DNA of 64,000 bases from Thermodesulfobacteriota bacterium (GTDB taxonomy: Bacteria > Desulfobacterota > Desulfobulbia > Desulfobulbales > SURF-16). Where the stretch lies: NCBI GenBank assembly GCA_039715015.1, contig JBDLIE010000005.1, positions 1 through 64,000 of the forward strand. Direction: 5' to 3'. The position numbers were made by a program, and so were the translations under genes. The notes under the pieces are model-generated. The model saw nothing but the letters and a program-made list of their open reading frames with translations, was not told the DNA's origin and did no database searches. This document shows positions 58,923 through 64,000 of this stretch, piece after piece. Positions within the stretch are counted from its first letter, which is position 1; the number at the start of each line of letters is the position of its first letter.

Positions 58923-59734
58923 ACTACTTTGCAGGTATTGATATCGGTTCGACCTCGATAAAGATTGTTCTGGCCGACGACAATGAACAGATTGTTGCCT
59001 CAGATGTCTGTCCGACTGGCAGTTTTTTTCATAAAAATACCATGACTGCCTTTGCTGGTTTATTGACCCAAAAAAATATCGATCGCCAGGAGGTGGTCTA
59101 TATCATTTCCACCGGCTATGGCCGTAAGCTTTTCAAAGAGTCCGACGAGACTATCAGCGAGATCACTGCCAATGCCATTGGCGCCCGTAAAATCGGTGAG
59201 CGCTATGGCCAGACACGGACAATCATCAATATTGGCGGCCAGGACTTGAAGGTAATTCTTCTTGATGACGAGGGCCATGTTAAAAACTTTGCCATGAACG
59301 ACAAGTGTGCGGCTGGTACCGGCCGCTTTCTGGAGATGACTGCCCGCAACCTGGAGGTTGAGGTTGATGAGCTTGGTGACTTTCATGAAAGGTGCGCCAC
59401 TATTCCGTTAATCATTAACAGCACCTGTACTGTGTTTGCCGAGTCTGAGATTATCAGCCTGCTCGCCAACGGTCATGGCAAAGAAGAACTCATTACCGGC
59501 ATTCACTATTCCGTTGCCAGAAGGGTAGCGCGTCTGGCAAAACGCCATGGCGTAGAGGACATGGTCTTCTTTGATGGCGGGCCTGCCTTAAATCAGGGTC
59601 TTGTTAAGGCCCTGGAGGATGAGTTGATGCACCGGGTTGTTGTCCCCGACACTCCACAGATTACCACCGCCTATGGTGCTGCCTTGTTGGCCAGGGACGC
59701 CTATCTCTGTGAAGACGAGGTGGTTAATGGCTGA
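58919..59734 (+). CDS. BadF/BadG/BcrA/BcrD-type ATP-dependent activator ([4Fe-4S] archerase)
   Basis: GIDIGST, TGYGR, IGGQD, MNDKCAAGTG, STCTVFAESE. Confidence 0.93.
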   Translation: MNYFAGIDIGSTSIKIVLADDNEQIVASDVCPTGSFFHKNTMTAFAGLLTQKNIDRQEVVYIISTGYGRKLFKESDETISEITANAIGARKIGERYGQTRTIINIGGQDLKVILLDDEGHVKNFAMNDKCAAGTGRFLEMTARNLEVEVDELGDFHERCATIPLIINSTCTVFAESEIISLLANGHGKEELITGIHYSVARRVARLAKRHGVEDMVFFDGGPALNQGLVKALEDELMHRVVVPDTPQITTAYGAALLARDAYLCEDEVVNG

Positions 59735-60332
59735 ACTCTTCAGCTTTCTCGGCCTCGGTGTACTGTACGGCTGCACCATGTGTAGCTTTACCTGCCTGCC
59801 ATACCTGGGCATCTATCTCATGGGTACTGGCCAGGGTTTTGGCGACGGGGTGCGGGCATCGTTTTTTTTTCTGCTGGGAAAGGTTTGCACCTATACCTTG
59901 TTCGGGGCCTTGGCCGGGGCCTTGGGGATGGTCCTTGATTTGAGCGCCACCCAGGGCAAGGTATTGGGCCTTGTCTTGATAACGACCGGTATTTTCTTGC
60001 CCTTTGTGGCCAGGAAGCAATGCCAGGGGACTTGCCGGCAATCAGGGAAAAGACTCTCTCTCTTTTCCCTGGGCATGGCCACCAGTCTGTTACCATGCCC
60101 GCCCTTGGCTGCGGTTTTTCTTGTGGCTGCCCAAAAAGGCTCCTGGCTCCTGGGGGCAGGATACGGAGCGCTGTTCGGTCTGGGCCTTTTTGTGTCGCCG
60201 CTCCTGCTGGCTGGAGGAGGGCTGGCCCATATAACAAAGACAATCCAGTTTGAAGCAAAGGGATTCACCCCCTACCTGCAGGGTATTTCCATGTTGATAA
60301 TAGTAGTGATTGGTCTGCGAGTTTTTATCTAA
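59727..60332 (+). CDS. DsbD_2/UreH-like membrane protein
   Basis: CTMCSFTC, G+..TY...GA..G, LLPCPP. Confidence 0.75.
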   Translation: MAELFSFLGLGVLYGCTMCSFTCLPYLGIYLMGTGQGFGDGVRASFFFLLGKVCTYTLFGALAGALGMVLDLSATQGKVLGLVLITTGIFLPFVARKQCQGTCRQSGKRLSLFSLGMATSLLPCPPLAAVFLVAAQKGSWLLGAGYGALFGLGLFVSPLLLAGGGLAHITKTIQFEAKGFTPYLQGISMLIIVVIGLRVFI

Positions 60333-60338
60333 GGGGGA

Positions 60339-60773
60339 ATGGCTATGGAATGGCTTAAGGATGTCATTGATTATGGAATAATTGGTTTCTTGCTGGTGAT
60401 GAGTGTGGTTGCATGCGCCATCGCCATAGAAAGGTTCTTGGTTTTTCGTTCTATCAGGCTTGACGACTACCCCAACAAGCAGCTCTTGCAGATTGAGCTC
60501 ACCAAAAAGCTGCATGTCATTGCGATCATCGGCAGCAATGCCCCCTATTTGGGTCTGCTTGGCACGGTCCTCGGTATTATGCTGACCTTCTATAATCTGG
60601 GCCGGGAAGGCTTTATGGATACCAGCGAGATAATGGTGGGTTTGGCCTTGGCCCTGAAGGTAACAGCTGTTGGCTTGGTCGTGGCGATTCCGGCCGTTTT
60701 TCTTTATAATATGCTGCTGCGCCAGGCAAAGGTGCTGATGTTGCAATGGGAGAGTACCCATGGACGAGACTGA
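60339..60773 (+). CDS. exbB: ExbB (short form)
   Basis: GSNAPYLGLLGTV.GIM.TF, IM.GLALALK.TA.GL.VAIP. Confidence 0.92.
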   Translation: MAMEWLKDVIDYGIIGFLLVMSVVACAIAIERFLVFRSIRLDDYPNKQLLQIELTKKLHVIAIIGSNAPYLGLLGTVLGIMLTFYNLGREGFMDTSEIMVGLALALKVTAVGLVVAIPAVFLYNMLLRQAKVLMLQWESTHGRD

Positions 60774-61140
60774 GTTCAATACCTTGAATGTGATCCCCCT
60801 CGTCGATGTGATGCTGGTCTTGCTGACCATTGTTTTGATGACATCGACTTTTATTGCGGTGGGCGGACTTTCCATTGAATTGCCGCAAGCCGCCGGGGAA
60901 AAAGTGGAAATGTTAAAGACGCTGACCATCGAAATAGATAGTGAGGGCACCATATTTCTTGAGGCCGCGGCAATATCACTTGCCGGGTTGACTGATTCCT
61001 TGGCCGGAACCGATAAGGAGACACCCCTAATCATCCGGGCCGACAAGAAATTGGCCTTACAACATTTTGTTGAGGTGATGAGTGCGGCAAAGGCTTTGGG
61101 TTTCACCAAGGTAAGCCTGCAAACCGAGGTGACCTCATGA
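60760..61140 (+). CDS. exbD: ExbD
   Basis: NVIPLVDVMLVLLTIVL. Confidence 0.92.
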   Translation: MDETEFNTLNVIPLVDVMLVLLTIVLMTSTFIAVGGLSIELPQAAGEKVEMLKTLTIEIDSEGTIFLEAAAISLAGLTDSLAGTDKETPLIIRADKKLALQHFVEVMSAAKALGFTKVSLQTEVTS

Positions 61141-61871
61141 ATTATCAAGGCTGGGGCTTAGGAATATCCATGATGCTCCATGGCCTTTTGGCCTGGGGGC
61201 TGTTGAGCACAATTACCACTTCCACCCTGAATCCCTTGGACGGCAAGAGCCGGATAAGCCTTGATTTCTGCCTGCTGCCTCTCCAGGCGGTGGTGCTGGC
61301 ACAAAGCTCACCATCTCCGCCCCAACCTAGGAAGGTGGTGAAAAAAAAACCAGCCACGCCTGTCAAGGTGCGGGAGATAGCCAAACCTGAAGCCAGCAAG
61401 AAAAAAACTGTCGTTGCCGAAAAACAACCCGATCCGGCCCAGGTTGCCCCGGCACTGGCTGAAGAACGGCTGGTTGCCAAACAGGAAGTTGGAGCTGAAG
61501 ATTTGCCGCCAGCCGGCTTTAGCGAGGCTGGGCCGGGCACGGCTGACGAGGCTGCCACCGTTCCGCAGGCTTCTCTGCAAGCCGCCAAACGGCAGCAGTA
61601 TGTTGATACCTATTTTTCTGATATCTGCCAAAAGATACAGCAAAACATGCGTTATCCCAAACTAGCCCGCCGTATGGGCCTGGAAGGGAAGGTTGTGGTC
61701 TCATTTATGGTTCATAAAGATGGCAATATTGATGATGTGCGTATAGTGCAAAGCTCCGGGGTGAGAATTCTTGATAAAAACGCCATTGATACCATAAAAA
61801 ATACGGCCCCCTTTCCGAAGCCGCCGATCACTGCCGAGTTGATTGTGCCGATCAAATACGGTTTGGTCTGA
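61137..61871 (+). CDS. tonB: TonB
   Basis: SxxLH TM, Pro/Lys linker, YPKLARRMGLEG.V, SSG..ILD. Confidence 0.92.
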   Translation: MNYQGWGLGISMMLHGLLAWGLLSTITTSTLNPLDGKSRISLDFCLLPLQAVVLAQSSPSPPQPRKVVKKKPATPVKVREIAKPEASKKKTVVAEKQPDPAQVAPALAEERLVAKQEVGAEDLPPAGFSEAGPGTADEAATVPQASLQAAKRQQYVDTYFSDICQKIQQNMRYPKLARRMGLEGKVVVSFMVHKDGNIDDVRIVQSSGVRILDKNAIDTIKNTAPFPKPPITAELIVPIKYGLV

Positions 61872-62677
61872 AACCGTTGATCCTTGCAGGTCTTCTTGCC
61901 TGTAATCCCATGGCAGGTAATGTAACTGCCTGCTGTTAATGGCTTTTTCCAAGACTCTCATTTCATCGACTTAGATACAAATCCAAAGACCTGGCAGGTA
62001 TCGGCTAGGTGCTTGGATTTTGTGGTACTTGAGCGAGAATCAAACTCGAACGGGCGCAATGTCAAACCGCTTTGAAAATTAACCTCTCAACCGCGTCCAA
62101 TTTTGCCCCCTTATTTTAAACAAAAGAGATCATTTTCTGTTTTTCAACCTCCAATTCTCCCTTGTGAAGAGTGTCATTGCAGGGCCAATCAGCAACCGGT
62201 TCTTTACGGAGCGTCAGGGGCTCAGTCGGGGTGATTCTTGCCAAGGCGGTTGGCTCCTACTCTCTGGCAATGGTGCGGTGTCACTCGCTTAAGGATTGCT
62301 GAATGTGCGAGACGAAAAAGGTCGTTAAAATTGCACTTATGGCAGAAGCAAGCTCCATACCCTATAGATGAAGGTCCATATTCAAGGTAGTAATAGTGCA
62401 AACCTGCTGGAAAAGAAATGAACCGATCTTGATCGTAAGAATTTGGCTGGCCACGGCCCACCAACGTAATTTTAGCAGCCACAAGAGACCAATTCGCTTG
62501 GTGTTATGAGTATTTTGCTAAGGATTCAGTCTGCTTAGAAAAGTGGGATCCATTGTGTTTGGTTGAGGTGGAAGGGAAGGTGTCGACTGAATCAAAATCA
62601 GCACATCAACCTCAAGCCCGCCAACCACCTAAGGGACACTTTCTCAATATCTTTTGGCCAAAAGGATCAACGAGACT

Positions 62678-62700
62678 TATGCGACAATTTGCCACATTTT
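62678..62700. promoter_or_regulatory. RegA-box-like operator upstream of torD/molybdoenzyme operon
   Basis: GCGACAattTGCCAC at 62681-62695. Confidence 0.75.
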
Positions 62701-62892
62701 CCCTGCCGCTAACTTGTGTTAAGGAGAATCGTTTACAAGGAAAAGGTGAATTGGCCTAAGTATGCAATGCTTATACAAAATTCATTCTCTTATTTTTTTT
62801 AACGAGTATGTAAAGCTCCTTTGAATATTTGATTCTCATTTTTTTTATTTTGTAATGAGTACACCAATATATTCTGACAACCACGGTATCTT

Positions 62893-63444
62893 ATGTCAGC
62901 AGCAGACGAGCCAATCAGGCTTGCAGAAATCTATCGTTTCCTGGCGCAGACCATGCGCTATCCAGAGTCATCATGGTTCCATGATGACTATCTCTCTGTT
63001 TTTAAAGAGATGCTCGTTCAGCTTGAGTGGCAAGATAACGTCAATGCCCTTCCTGAGAGGATTACTGACGAGATCCTTGAAGAGATTCAGGTTGATTACA
63101 CCCGCCTTTTTATCAATGCCGTTCCTCATGTTATAGCCCCTCCTTATGCCTCGGTATATATCGATGGTACCTTAAATAGCACCACTGCTGATAAGACCCG
63201 CGAGTATTTCCGCCAGAAAGGCTTCGATACCACAAACACCGAGTTCCCTGACCATCTTGTTACTGAACTTGATTTCCTGTCCTTGCTTGAGGATGAGAGT
63301 GAGGGCAGTAGCGAAGAATTTTTAACCCAATATTTTCGCCCCTGGTTTGAGATGTTTCGCGATCTTGTTCTAAAAGAGGTTGAAGTTTCATACATCAAAT
63401 CAGCCATTGAACTAATAGATTTTTTCACCACCAATGAGACCTAA
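62893..63444 (+). CDS. TorD/DmsD-family redox-enzyme maturation chaperone
   Basis: DYTRLF, PPYASVY, EFPDHL..EL.FL. Confidence 0.92.
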   Translation: MSAADEPIRLAEIYRFLAQTMRYPESSWFHDDYLSVFKEMLVQLEWQDNVNALPERITDEILEEIQVDYTRLFINAVPHVIAPPYASVYIDGTLNSTTADKTREYFRQKGFDTTNTEFPDHLVTELDFLSLLEDESEGSSEEFLTQYFRPWFEMFRDLVLKEVEVSYIKSAIELIDFFTTNET

Positions 63445-63544
63445 GCGGGCTGTGAACAGGCCGCTTAATATATGAGTCTACAAAGCATATTTTTTTTGAA
63501 GCTTACTGTTTCAAATAATTAAAACCTGAGGGAGGTAAGAGAAT

Positions 63545-64000
63545 ATGGCTTTCAACTTAACAAGACGTAAATTCCTGCAAACGGCTTCGCTTGCAGCGGC
63601 TTCTGTGCCGTTGGCAAATGTTGTCGCTGCAGAGGCCGGCGTTGCCAAGTCGCCATTTACACCGTCTGGTACCATTGCAGATAAAACTGCTGTTGGCGGT
63701 ATCTGTGAGATGTGTTTTTGGCGCTGTCAGCTTGTCGGTAAGGTTCGTGACAACAAGCTCATGAAGCTTGAGGGTAACCCCAAGTCGATTGACAACGGCA
63801 AGGCGATTTGTGCCCGCGGTAATGCCGGTGTCCAGCTTCTTTATGATAAGGATCGTCTCAAGTACCCCATGAAAAATGTCGGTAAGCGTGGTGCTCCTAA
63901 GTGGAAGAGAATCTCCTGGGACGAAGCCCTTGATACCTGTGCCAAGAAGCTGAAAGCCACTGAGAAGAAGTTTGGCGCCAAGGGTATCTGTATGTTTCCC
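63545..64000 (+). CDS. Tat-exported molybdopterin oxidoreductase catalytic subunit, PsrA/PhsA-like (partial; absent from ORF track)
   Basis: Manual translation MAFNLTRRKFLQ...CEMCFWRC...LEGNP...CARG...DRLKYP...RISWDEA; GGAGG RBS; runs off window. Confidence 0.9.
   Translation, partial: MAFNLTRRKFLQTASLAAASVPLANVVAAEAGVAKSPFTPSGTIADKTAVGGICEMCFWRCQLVGKVRDNKLMKLEGNPKSIDNGKAICARGNAGVQLLYDKDRLKYPMKNVGKRGAPKWKRISWDEALDTCAKKLKATEKKFGAKGICMFP

Noticed and set aside
62222..62482. 86-aa minus-strand ORF
   Set aside because: No recognisable motif or clear RBS; may be decayed sequence

Overview
Chromosomal window from an anaerobic Gram-negative bacterium; gene content and style suggest Desulfobacterota (inference, no marker phylogeny run). 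In order: (1) a CapD/PglF-type sugar dehydratase and an AAA+ ATPase; (2) a ~12 kb same-strand lipid cluster (FabF-like KS, ACP, two CrtI/phytoene-desaturase-like flavoproteins, FabG, FabZ, FabI, oleABCD, a methyltransferase), followed by tetR and futalosine menaquinone genes (mqnE, mqnC, deaminase, mqnA, ubiX-like, ubiA-like); (3) housekeeping genes (cheV, phosphohexomutase, ppsA, tolQRAB-cpoB, hom, apgM, tRNA-fMet, a two-component pair, srkA); (4) a ~21 kb accessory redox/metal region: a divergent MacB-type ABC / NosL / TlpA / secreted CxxCH-protein cluster, RegBA, a TonB-receptor cassette carrying a double-cubane-cluster (DCCP)-like reductase with its ATP-dependent activator, and the start of a TorD + PsrA/PhsA-like molybdoenzyme operon. 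Non-coding structure seen directly: inverted microsatellite-like arrays in spacers of the lipid cluster, one pair enclosing a frameshifted four-helix-bundle gene; a MITE-like element; two inverted identical 64-bp REP-like composites; a shared GYGACA-N3-TGYCAC operator; and a decayed duplicate of the torD locus bracketing the TonB cassette. All calls come from motif recognition by eye; no database search was run.
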